64,000 bases of DNA from Bdellovibrionales bacterium (GCA_041690295.1 JAWLHR010000002.1:187416-251415); one strand, 5' to 3'. Numbered from the stretch's first letter, positions 46,924-55,429 are shown. Notes: a model not told the origin generated them from the letters alone. Made by a program: numbers and translations.

Positions 46924-48558
46924 ATGAGTGATTGTGATCCGCGTGATATCGCCATCAAGAGCTTCTTTCTTGGTCCGCAAAGTGAAAATCGTGAATGGCT
47001 GCGACGCAAGTGGATCGAGATTCTCGACAATTGGATCACCTGGCGAGCTTCCCGCTTTCCGCAAGACGGTAAGTCCATTCCGCTCAAAGATCGCGAATCA
47101 CCGGCCTTTCAACAGTCCTTGCGGCGCTTGGATGCCGCCGTGAACGAAGTGCTGAAGGACCTAGAAGATGAAACTCCCAAGTTCACGCCCCGCTATATCG
47201 GACACATGGTTTCGGAGATCAGCCTACCGGCCTTGCTCGGGCATGTCTGTGCCTTAATGCATAATCCGAACAACACGTCACGGGAAGTGAGCCGAGTCAC
47301 GTCCCGGTTGGAAGACGAAGCCATCGCCGACCTCGGCGTGATGCTGGGTTTTGGGCCGGAAGCGCGCGGGCACTTCACTTCAGGCGGCACGATGGCCAAT
47401 TTCGAAGCGCTCTGGCGCGCGATTGTTCGAATGGATCGCGAAATCAAAGACCAAACCGGACTGAGTTTTCTCGCACTGGGTCCTTGGACGTTCGGTCGCG
47501 AGTTCGAGCGAATCTCGGGCCAACCCTTCAACGGTCCGGTGGTGCTGGTGCCCAACAACAAACATTTTTCGTGGGTGAAAGCGGTGAGTCTGATGGGACT
47601 GGGCGATGAAGCGTTTTGGCCCGTGGCTTTGGACCACGAAGGCCGGCTTTGTCCGCGCGATCTGCGTGCGAAAATCGAGCAAGCTCAAAAAGAGAACAGG
47701 CCCATTCTCATGGTGGTGTCCGTGGCCGGTACCACGGAAATGGGCGAAGTCGACCCGGTGAACGAGGTTCAGGATCTGCTTGATGAGCAAGGGAAAAACA
47801 AAATCTGGCATCACGTGGATGCCGCGTACGGAGCGTATTACGCGAGCCTTCTTGATGGCGGTGAGTTGGAGTCCCGCTTGTCCAAACCCGTGGCGAAGGC
47901 GTTGCGGGCGATTCGCCGCGCGGATTCGGTGACATTGGATCCACACAAGCTCGGGTATGTCCCTTATGCTTGCGGCGCCTTTATCGCGCGCGATGAGGAA
48001 CATTATCGCACACGTCATTTTTTCGCGGATTATCTACACGATAAAAACCGCAGCCGCTGGGCTTTTACCTTGGAAGGATCCCGGTCCGGCGCCGGCGTCA
48101 CCGCCACGTGGCTGGCGAATCGGGCGTTGGGCTTGAACCCCGGCGGTTACGGACGACTTTTGGCGAAAGGACTTGAAGCGCGTGAGGCCATGGTGGCGGA
48201 GCTTCGGGAAAACGTTCCCGAGTTTCATCCGATCGAGCCGACGGACTTGAACATTCTTTGTTTCAATTTGTCTTACCCCGGCGGCAAACTGAGCGAAGCC
48301 AACGAACTTACGGAACGGGTGTTTCATCAATTTGAATCCAGTCCGAATTTTTCAGTTTCGAAAACCATTCTCAGCCGGCCGGCCTACAAATTGTTGATTG
48401 ATCGATTGGCCGCCGAGCGGTCGCTGGAAATCGATACGGATAAATGGTTCTTGTTGCGTTTGGTGTTGATGAATCCTTTTATCGTCTCAAGAGAATCCAA
48501 CACGAATTTCGTGCGGGAATTTGTCCGCGAACTGAAGAGCTTTCTTAAGTCGAGATGA
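46924..48558 (+). CDS. Group II PLP-dependent decarboxylase (tyrosine-decarboxylase-like)
   Basis: PRYIGHM, GHFTSGGTMANFEALW, HFSWVKA, HVDAAYG, DPHK (PLP Lys). Confidence 0.88.
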   Translation: MSDCDPRDIAIKSFFLGPQSENREWLRRKWIEILDNWITWRASRFPQDGKSIPLKDRESPAFQQSLRRLDAAVNEVLKDLEDETPKFTPRYIGHMVSEISLPALLGHVCALMHNPNNTSREVSRVTSRLEDEAIADLGVMLGFGPEARGHFTSGGTMANFEALWRAIVRMDREIKDQTGLSFLALGPWTFGREFERISGQPFNGPVVLVPNNKHFSWVKAVSLMGLGDEAFWPVALDHEGRLCPRDLRAKIEQAQKENRPILMVVSVAGTTEMGEVDPVNEVQDLLDEQGKNKIWHHVDAAYGAYYASLLDGGELESRLSKPVAKALRAIRRADSVTLDPHKLGYVPYACGAFIARDEEHYRTRHFFADYLHDKNRSRWAFTLEGSRSGAGVTATWLANRALGLNPGGYGRLLAKGLEAREAMVAELRENVPEFHPIEPTDLNILCFNLSYPGGKLSEANELTERVFHQFESSPNFSVSKTILSRPAYKLLIDRLAAERSLEIDTDKWFLLRLVLMNPFIVSRESNTNFVREFVRELKSFLKSR

Positions 48559-49841
48559 GGCCAAATCGCCCGCGCGAACATCAAACCTCCCGTGAGCGCC
48601 GCCAATCCTCCGATCGCCATGAACATGAATCCCCAACTTTGTCCCCAGTTCGTCAGATGATGTTCGGATCCGTAGGTTTTTCGGCCCATGCCGAAACTTC
48701 CGGCGATAAACATCCCGCTCGCGAACAACGTTTGGCCAAGACCATAGGTCCAAACCATCCGGGTCATCCAGCGACTCGTTTGATCGCCGGCCAGGATCTT
48801 AAAAGCCATGGTCATAAAACCCAGCGTCACCGCGCCGATCCCGGCGTGATAATGTCCAGGCACGCGCATATCCGGTCCCCGTATCAAGGCGCCGAAAGTG
48901 AATCCAAGGACCAGCAGGAATGCGCTGAGAACGACCGCGGCCACCTTGTGTGAGGACCAACACCGGCGCCAAAGATCAAACCGGCGGATAAGAAGAAAGA
49001 TCATGATTATAGAGACGGGCGCGATTCCCCATTGCATGAGCCTGGTGAAACCTGTCCGATACTCGTTACTCGTCACCGGATATCGCATGATAACGGCGGC
49101 CGCGAAAATCGGGAGAGAGTACGCGGCGAAAAGGGGAAAGAGTTCGGCCCGAGAAAACAAAGGCCGCCTGGCTTCGCTCGACAAAAGAAGAATCCAAATG
49201 CAAAGCAGAAACGCCACGCTGGCGTGCTGTAAAAGGTGGCCGCCGCCCCACATGCCAAGTTCAAATAGAGATTGAGTCGAAATCAGTTTAATCCGCGAAA
49301 GTTCCATATAGGATTTAGCGAGGGCGATGACCGCCAGGATAAGAAAGCCCGCGCCGATGGCCAATCCGAATCGAATTTGTTCGAATTCGGAAGCGCACGT
49401 CCTCAGCAAACGGGGCGAAAGGCAATTTAAAATGACGCCCATAAAAAAGAGAGCGAGCGCGAGCAAATAACGCCAATGAGTGAGGACGGGAATGTAATTG
49501 GAAAGAACGATTTCAACGTCGCTCCCTGGAAGTACGGTGAACATAAGAAGCACTCCTCCGACGGTGAACCAAAACCCCGCCCGGGCCAGCCAGTTCGACG
49601 GGGAGGTCCGCCGACCGGAATTCGCCGCCAGATGAAGAAGCCCGAGCGGGAGCGCGATGAACCAAACCAGTGTCGCGAGATTCACGTGAAGGACAAGGCA
49701 CCAGCGCACCAGATCCAAGTTCGAAATACTGTCCTTGATCAAAGGCATTTTGGCGACCGTGACGATCAAAGCGAGCGCGCCGCTGATTAAAAGCGAAACG
49801 CTGGCCAAGCGCACCCAATTGCGCGCGAACGGATCCGTCAT
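48384..49841 (-). CDS. Degenerate heme-copper oxidase subunit I-like membrane protein (heme ligands kept, CuB/FeB His-His missing)
   Basis: About 12 TM; LVLHVN, SNYIP, WGGGHLLQ, PGHYH, GMGRK parallel subunit I motifs; last ~57 codons overlap the decarboxylase antisense. Confidence 0.75.
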   Translation of the reverse strand: MTDPFARNWVRLASVSLLISGALALIVTVAKMPLIKDSISNLDLVRWCLVLHVNLATLVWFIALPLGLLHLAANSGRRTSPSNWLARAGFWFTVGGVLLMFTVLPGSDVEIVLSNYIPVLTHWRYLLALALFFMGVILNCLSPRLLRTCASEFEQIRFGLAIGAGFLILAVIALAKSYMELSRIKLISTQSLFELGMWGGGHLLQHASVAFLLCIWILLLSSEARRPLFSRAELFPLFAAYSLPIFAAAVIMRYPVTSNEYRTGFTRLMQWGIAPVSIIMIFLLIRRFDLWRRCWSSHKVAAVVLSAFLLVLGFTFGALIRGPDMRVPGHYHAGIGAVTLGFMTMAFKILAGDQTSRWMTRMVWTYGLGQTLFASGMFIAGSFGMGRKTYGSEHHLTNWGQSWGFMFMAIGGLAALTGGLMFARAIWPHLDLRKLFSSRTNSRTKFVLDSLETIKGFINTKRNKNHLSVSISSDRSAANRSINNL

Positions 49842-51823
49842 CCCCCATCTCCTTTCACTTGGAGTGTTTTTTGATCCGGGGAAAGGTGAACCAAAACGAT
49901 CTTGCCTTCTTCAATACGAATTTCATCGTCCAGCTTCAGCGAGATCGCCGACGTGTTTTCCGCATCCGCGGGCGAGAATTCCAAATGAACCCGGTAATCG
50001 CCAGGTTCAAAAGCCAAGTCGCGATTGAAGTAAATCGGGCGATCGGCGTGAAGGCCACCGGGGCTCACGGTTTGCTCCAAATGGAGCTTCTCGTTGATGA
50101 ACAAGCGCAGGCGGTAACTGAGCATTCTTTGTTCGCATAATTCCGGTGTGCGCATGTGCAACGGCAGTTGATTCAGTTCCGCTTCCGTGCGGGGCCGGCA
50201 GGTCCGTACGGACTGGCCGGAAAGACGAAAGCTGAGCCGGAGAATTCCGTTTTCCGCCTTCTCACCGAAGGGGATCCGGGTCGCGGCCGCGAGGCCCAGC
50301 GCCAAAGCGATGGCGGCAGTGAGGGAAATCAGGCGCGTGCTGGTTTTCCGCGCTTGCTCGGAGAATCGCATGAACCGGATTTGTCCGAGCAACTTGTGCT
50401 CTTCGCCTTCGCCGACGGTCATCAGGTGGATCGCCCGGCGGTTCACCTCGTTCACGATCGTGGGTTCGCGCTGGCCGCCGAGCCGTTCGGTGAGTAAGCG
50501 GTGGCCATCCTTGTTAATGCATCGGCGCTCCGGACAGGCGGCGATCACGACGGACTGGAAGTTTCTGGCGAAATGTTCAAACACGGTCGCGTGCACCCTG
50601 CCGGCGCAAGGAACCGGGTAAAATGCGTAACCAAGATTTCTATTGGCGAAGTCGGCGATCGTCGCCGCCACTCCGGTCTGCGTTTCACAGGCCATGATCA
50701 GCGCCGTTTGTTTCAGATCCTTAGAGCGGGCCCGCAGGGAGGAGATGAACGACCGGGCCGCGGCGAATTGATCTCCGCCCCGGTAACCGGGCAAACCCAT
50801 CGTGAACGGGGCGCAAGAGGCGGAACACAACCCGCAACTCACGCAAAGGTCCGGGTTCACTTTCGCGACAAACTCCGAACCGCCGCCTTTGGTGCGTGGA
50901 ACCATTGCGATCGCTTCATAGGGACAATCTTGAACGCATTGAGTGCAACCGACGCACTTAAGTTCGTCGTTGGACGCTTTCTCCGGACGACTGGCGGGTT
51001 TTAACCAGAAAGGAATCGAAACCATGAATGAAACGGCCGCCACCCAGGCGAGAAAAGTGAAAAGCGGCGCCTTCTGGCCCGCCGGCAACCAGAAACTGAA
51101 AAACCAATCGGTGGGATAGTCGAATGGTATCCGGAGAAGATCGGCCTTTTCACCAAGAGGCGCGGGCCAAAAGGCCGCGACCACAAAGAGAGCACCGGCC
51201 ATTCCGAATATGAGTCGTCTTTCCGGAAACCAACTCGCGTTTTTCATTTTCGCCGTGTGCAGCCAGATGCCGAAGATCATCGCCAGGGGAATCACGATGT
51301 GCAGAAAGAGATTCAAAAAGAAAAACGAAGCGGGAGGAGGTACCGAGCCATCGAACGACCGGCTGATCGGATCGGAAAAAATTCCGATCGCGTCCATGAT
51401 TCGCGCTCCAGTGACGGCGATCGTTTGTCCGTGCTGGTCCCAAACCAGCACGAGTCCGGTCCAGCCGGATATGAACATAAGAACAACGAGAAGCACTCCG
51501 GTGATCCAGGCCAGCGCTCTCGGTCCCCAGTGCTTGCGTTGAATAAACATCCGCAGCACATGAAAGGCGACCGCGATCACCATCGCGTCCGAAGCGTAAC
51601 GATGAAGCCCTCGAATCCAGCGGCCCAGCCAAGGATCTTGTTGAAGGGCGGAAACCGATTCATACGGCGCGCCCAAGCGATAAAAAAAGCAAAGGTAAAG
51701 TCCGGTGATCGTGACGATCGCCAAGAGGGCCACGGCGATCGTGCCGCTACTGTAAAGTGGATTGAAGCGCGATGTGAACAGCCGGTTAAAAAGATTATCG
51801 AGCCGCCGTATGGTTTTTTCCAT
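49838..51823 (-). CDS. Cytochrome b / 2[4Fe-4S] / MvhD(FlpD)-like fusion with C-terminal TM and periplasmic domain
   Basis: Two His pairs 14 apart (HRYAS..FHVL; LHIV..WLH), TDWF Qo-like motif, CVGCTQCVQDCP and CVSCGLCSASC, ACE..PCAGRVH..ACPERRC. Confidence 0.85.
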   Translation of the reverse strand: MEKTIRRLDNLFNRLFTSRFNPLYSSGTIAVALLAIVTITGLYLCFFYRLGAPYESVSALQQDPWLGRWIRGLHRYASDAMVIAVAFHVLRMFIQRKHWGPRALAWITGVLLVVLMFISGWTGLVLVWDQHGQTIAVTGARIMDAIGIFSDPISRSFDGSVPPPASFFFLNLFLHIVIPLAMIFGIWLHTAKMKNASWFPERRLIFGMAGALFVVAAFWPAPLGEKADLLRIPFDYPTDWFFSFWLPAGQKAPLFTFLAWVAAVSFMVSIPFWLKPASRPEKASNDELKCVGCTQCVQDCPYEAIAMVPRTKGGGSEFVAKVNPDLCVSCGLCSASCAPFTMGLPGYRGGDQFAAARSFISSLRARSKDLKQTALIMACETQTGVAATIADFANRNLGYAFYPVPCAGRVHATVFEHFARNFQSVVIAACPERRCINKDGHRLLTERLGGQREPTIVNEVNRRAIHLMTVGEGEEHKLLGQIRFMRFSEQARKTSTRLISLTAAIALALGLAAATRIPFGEKAENGILRLSFRLSGQSVRTCRPRTEAELNQLPLHMRTPELCEQRMLSYRLRLFINEKLHLEQTVSPGGLHADRPIYFNRDLAFEPGDYRVHLEFSPADAENTSAISLKLDDEIRIEEGKIVLVHLSPDQKTLQVKGDGG

Positions 51824-52709
51824 GGGTGATCCGTTCGACGGCTTGGCTCAGCCATTTAGCCGGAGCATTATTAAAGGTGTACGCGATGCGGCCGTCAGCG
51901 GAGATCAGGTAAACGAGAGCGGGATGGATCACATCGCCGGTTTTTTCATCGCGTTCGCGGGGAACATTGAAGTCGGAAAGAACCGAGTTCACGGTTTCGA
52001 CCTTGCCTGACAATACGTGAGCCCCCATGGGAAGATTCCATTTCTCGGCTAAGAAGGGAAGAGAGCTAGGAGTGTCCCGCCAGGGATCAAGCGTGACGAT
52101 CAATAGTCGCACCGGCACGTTCTTGACCGATTTCATCGCCTCCATCGTCTCGCGCACGAGAACCGGGCAGACGGTTTGGCAATGGGCAAAGGCGAAGGTC
52201 AGAATGACGTTCTCACCTTTCAATGTCTGCAACGAAACCGTTTTTCCCGATTGGTCGACCAACTCGAAATCCGGAGCGGGTTTGTTCTGGCGGGGATAGT
52301 TCTCAGGAAAGTCCTCGTTCGTGTGCGTTTGAAAATCAACCTTTCCGGTTTCCACCGCGGCTTTGATTTTTTGTCCCACCCAAACCGCCTCCAGCAAAAC
52401 CACGGCGAACGCCAGGTAAAGAAAATGCCGCCCGCCCGAGGAGGAGAAGGCTCCATGCAGTGTGCGCATCAACTCCCCGGGCCAGGCGACAAGGAAGAAT
52501 AATAGGAACGATAAGGGACCAAGAGTCAAAATCATCCAACCGGCGGCCGACGGCAGGCCGTTTTCCATTGATCCGAAACAGACATTGCGGGCGACGCTTA
52601 GCCATTCGGGTGAGGAGTCGGGCACCGGTAGAAACGCGAGAGCCCACCATAAAAGAGTCGCCAATAGCCAGAGTGAAAGAATGATCTGCGGCGCGCGTTT
52701 CATCTTCAT
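51795..52709 (-). CDS. SCO-family copper chaperone with extended N-terminal membrane domain
   Basis: CQTVCP (CxxxC), DPWRDTP, VIHPA; 3 TM with VCFG before; ATGA overlap with the subunit I stop. Confidence 0.9.
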   Translation of the reverse strand: MKMKRAPQIILSLWLLATLLWWALAFLPVPDSSPEWLSVARNVCFGSMENGLPSAAGWMILTLGPLSFLLFFLVAWPGELMRTLHGAFSSSGGRHFLYLAFAVVLLEAVWVGQKIKAAVETGKVDFQTHTNEDFPENYPRQNKPAPDFELVDQSGKTVSLQTLKGENVILTFAFAHCQTVCPVLVRETMEAMKSVKNVPVRLLIVTLDPWRDTPSSLPFLAEKWNLPMGAHVLSGKVETVNSVLSDFNVPRERDEKTGDVIHPALVYLISADGRIAYTFNNAPAKWLSQAVERITHGKNHTAAR

Positions 52710-54436
52710 CCCACCTTCCACAAGAAGGAAAGGATCTTCCAATTCACGAAGTAGTAAAGAACGAAGCAGGCGAAGAAAATGAACACCAGCACCATCGTGC
52801 CTTGGGCGCCTTTGAGGTGCACTTTGGCCACGTGGGCGCCCTGGTGGATCTGAGCCGGCGGTTTGAGGATGCCTTGCGGGAGACCGCTTAAGCGCTTGGC
52901 GATCGCTTCTTCATTGACCGGTTTGCCGAAAAAGACCGTGGTCACGGCGATCAACACGAAGGAGAGAGCCGCGAAAGCGGCAAGAACGCCACCGATACCC
53001 ATCGTGGTTTGGACAATCCACACGGCCGGATGGAACTCGACCGTGAAAGGCGCATTGGAAAATGAAATGTCCCAATGCCTTCGCGGAACGCCGAAGATCC
53101 CCTGGTAGATCATGGACATGCACATCAAACTGATGCCGAAACCGAAGAGATAGGGTTGAATTTGAGCCAGTTTCCAAAAGGTCACGCGTTTTTGGAAAAT
53201 CAGGGGTAAGACGTAGTAGGTGACGGCCATGAAGGCCAGCGCCGTGCCGCCCACGACGGTGGCGTGAAAATGTCCGGGTAATCGCATGGTATTGTGGGCG
53301 ATGATATTGATTTGTTCGGTTCCGATCGTGACACCGGTGATTCCACCCAGAAATCCGAAGATCACCACAGACAGGGCCAGGCCCGCGAAACCCGGATCAC
53401 CCCAGGGCGCCTTTCTCAACCATTCGAAACGGCCAGACGTGAATCCGCGAAGTCGCTGCCCCATTTCGATGCCCGCGGGAACAGTGAAACCGTGGACCAT
53501 GCTGGCGAGCACCGCCAAGTACATCGCGTAGCTCGTGTTCCACACCTTCCACGCCGGACCGAACCCCGGGTCCACCAACAGGTGGTGCGCGGAGGCCATT
53601 GAGATGAACAGAATGTAAAGGACAAACGCGGCTCGACTGACTTTTTCATTCAGCACAACCCCGCCGACCGTCACCGCGCCGAGGAAATACCAAATCGAAA
53701 CCATGGCGGCGACGTTGATTTGTTGCGAGGAATGCCCAAGCGCCCAGAACAATAAACGGTAAAGTTGAGCGTCAAGTTGAATGAGGTCCATCGACCATAA
53801 CCATGTCGGAATGTAAGTGGCGGCGCCATGAACCAGCGTGATCACGGCAATGATCGCGGCGGTGAGGGCGCCGAACGTCACAAGCGGCATGCTGCCCTTG
53901 TAAGACTTTTCTTTTTTGGCCACCACAAGGGACGCGAAGAAAAGCGCGGTGGCGAGAAGCGCGCCGACGGCGAAGAAAATGATTCCCAGATAATAGTATG
54001 GATCCGCCCGTAACGGAGGATAGGACGTGAAAAGAACGTCGGCCTTCCCCTGTAAGACCATGATGTCGGTTAAAATGGTCCCCACAACCATCAACAAGAA
54101 CGCCAGCCAGCCGAGCTTGGGCGCCGGTTGACGGGCGTTCAAAAGGACCGGTCCCGCGAAATAAAGCACCGCCATTTCAAAAAAGATGATGAAGAAGATC
54201 AGCATGTTCAGCGCGTGAAGTGTCAGAATACGGTAAAACCAATGCGCGGGAAGAAGGTGAATCGACTGCCAGCGGGTCAGCACGAGGCCAACCGCGGCGA
54301 GGGCTCCCACCAGCAAACAGACCACCGCAGCGACAGCGTTGGCCTTGATCAGGTTTTCCGAATCACGGTTAACTTTCAAACCTGTCACGGCACAGGTTCT
54401 GAATCGGCTTGCCAAAGATTGTACGGCCCCACTCAT
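52706..54436 (-). CDS. Heme-copper oxidoreductase subunit I, B-family-derived NO reductase (eNOR-type)
   Basis: All six His ligands (TLHA, GHSSQQ, AHH, GHFH), TSYPPL, GVPRR; helix-VI HPxVY replaced by HSSQQ. Confidence 0.85.
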   Translation of the reverse strand: MSGAVQSLASRFRTCAVTGLKVNRDSENLIKANAVAAVVCLLVGALAAVGLVLTRWQSIHLLPAHWFYRILTLHALNMLIFFIIFFEMAVLYFAGPVLLNARQPAPKLGWLAFLLMVVGTILTDIMVLQGKADVLFTSYPPLRADPYYYLGIIFFAVGALLATALFFASLVVAKKEKSYKGSMPLVTFGALTAAIIAVITLVHGAATYIPTWLWSMDLIQLDAQLYRLLFWALGHSSQQINVAAMVSIWYFLGAVTVGGVVLNEKVSRAAFVLYILFISMASAHHLLVDPGFGPAWKVWNTSYAMYLAVLASMVHGFTVPAGIEMGQRLRGFTSGRFEWLRKAPWGDPGFAGLALSVVIFGFLGGITGVTIGTEQINIIAHNTMRLPGHFHATVVGGTALAFMAVTYYVLPLIFQKRVTFWKLAQIQPYLFGFGISLMCMSMIYQGIFGVPRRHWDISFSNAPFTVEFHPAVWIVQTTMGIGGVLAAFAALSFVLIAVTTVFFGKPVNEEAIAKRLSGLPQGILKPPAQIHQGAHVAKVHLKGAQGTMVLVFIFFACFVLYYFVNWKILSFLWKVG

Positions 54437-54449
54437 GTTCCTTCTCCTT

Positions 54450-55001
54450 CTATTCCGTCACTAAAACTTTGCCGACCATAATGTGATGGCCGATACCGCA
54501 GAACTCATTGCAGATGATGCGAAAATCCCCCGCCGAATTCGGCGTGATTTTCAAAGCGTAGTCGTAACCGGGAATCACTTGAAAATTGAGATTGACCGGG
54601 AAAAGGCTGAAGCCGTGATTGATGTCGATCGCGGACAAATGCAAGGTGTACTGCGCGCCCTTTTTTAATTTGAGCACGGGATACCATTGCCACATTCGCG
54701 CCAGAAGATAAACGTCCGCTCCGGGCGGCGGTTCAACGACGGGAATTCCGGATTCCTCTCCGATTTTATAGTCGGCAACGAAACGTTCGGTGCGCGCCAT
54801 GAAATCGGCGGGCTCAACTTTCGATCGAATTCCCGAGGGATTCTGTCCTCCCCGAATGTGCCAGAGCGGCATCATGGCGAAAAGAATCAAACACCATATG
54901 AAGGCGATGGTGATCCATAGTTTTTCCTGTTTCGGCACATCCTTCCACCAAATCCCCGTCGGGGGAACGATCGAGGAATGCATACTTTCGTGATCGCTCA
55001 T
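54450..55001 (-). CDS. Heme-copper oxidoreductase subunit II with CuA site
   Basis: Single TM, WQWYP, DINHGF, CNEFCGIGHHIM. Confidence 0.93.
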   Translation of the reverse strand: MSDHESMHSSIVPPTGIWWKDVPKQEKLWITIAFIWCLILFAMMPLWHIRGGQNPSGIRSKVEPADFMARTERFVADYKIGEESGIPVVEPPPGADVYLLARMWQWYPVLKLKKGAQYTLHLSAIDINHGFSLFPVNLNFQVIPGYDYALKITPNSAGDFRIICNEFCGIGHHIMVGKVLVTE

Positions 55002-55028
55002 CGCGGAATCCTCCTTGGATCGTCTCGG

Positions 55029-55196
55029 TTAAGGGAGAGGCGCTTTCGGCAGACTGAGGATCTCGAAAATCCCCCACACCGTATAAAAAATCAGCATGGT
55101 GAGAAATCCGACGATCAACCAAAGAAACGGCCGGTCGAAAAGTTTTTGTCCGGCTGGAATATTTTCGGCGTGCGGGTGTCGAGTTTGATCATTCAT
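55029..55196 (-). CDS. Small single-TM subunit (subunit IIa-like)
   Basis: 55 aa, QKLFDRPFLWL-TM-YTVWGIFEI; AGAGGG SD; first gene of the operon. Confidence 0.7.
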   Translation of the reverse strand: MNDQTRHPHAENIPAGQKLFDRPFLWLIVGFLTMLIFYTVWGIFEILSLPKAPLP

Positions 55197-55228
55197 GCGG
55201 TGTGCCCTCTTTTTTTTATTCCGGCTTT

Positions 55229-55244
55229 TGCAAGATCGCTGCCT
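55229..55244 (-). promoter_or_regulatory. Putative sigma54 -24/-12 promoter of the eNOR-type operon
   Basis: Minus strand AGGCAG-CGATC-TTGCA (GG-N10-GC); near copy of the hpf site. Confidence 0.55.
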
Positions 55245-55325
55245 CGATTCCATTTCGAATGAGTTATGGAATTCGAGACATATTGTCCCTTGGCGGAGAC
55301 ATAACGTCTTCGTTGATTAAATGCT

Positions 55326-55341
55326 TATGATTTATATCATA
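55326..55341. promoter_or_regulatory. Crp/Fnr-like palindromic operator between the eNOR operon and nrdJ
   Basis: TATGAT-TTAT-ATCATA; geometry of TTGAT-N4-ATCAA. Confidence 0.6.
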
Positions 55342-55429
55342 TCGCGCACGATTTAAAACTCGACCATGAGCTTCTTGACGGTTGAGTGAGATTCCTGGTC
55401 TCGTTTTCTCATCATCAAGGAGACTCTTC

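Noticed and set aside
52706..55001. Calling the oxidase a cbb3/ba3/aa3 cytochrome c oxidase
   Set aside because: No active-site Tyr in helix VI, no CcoO/CcoP, and an NO-related gene context
55273..55288. Possible NrdR box (ACATATTGT core) upstream of nrdJ
   Set aside because: Only half the consensus matches and no second box at the usual spacing was seen
55254..55429. Cobalamin riboswitch before nrdJ
   Set aside because: No recognisable B12-box or conserved core; the region is short and AT-rich
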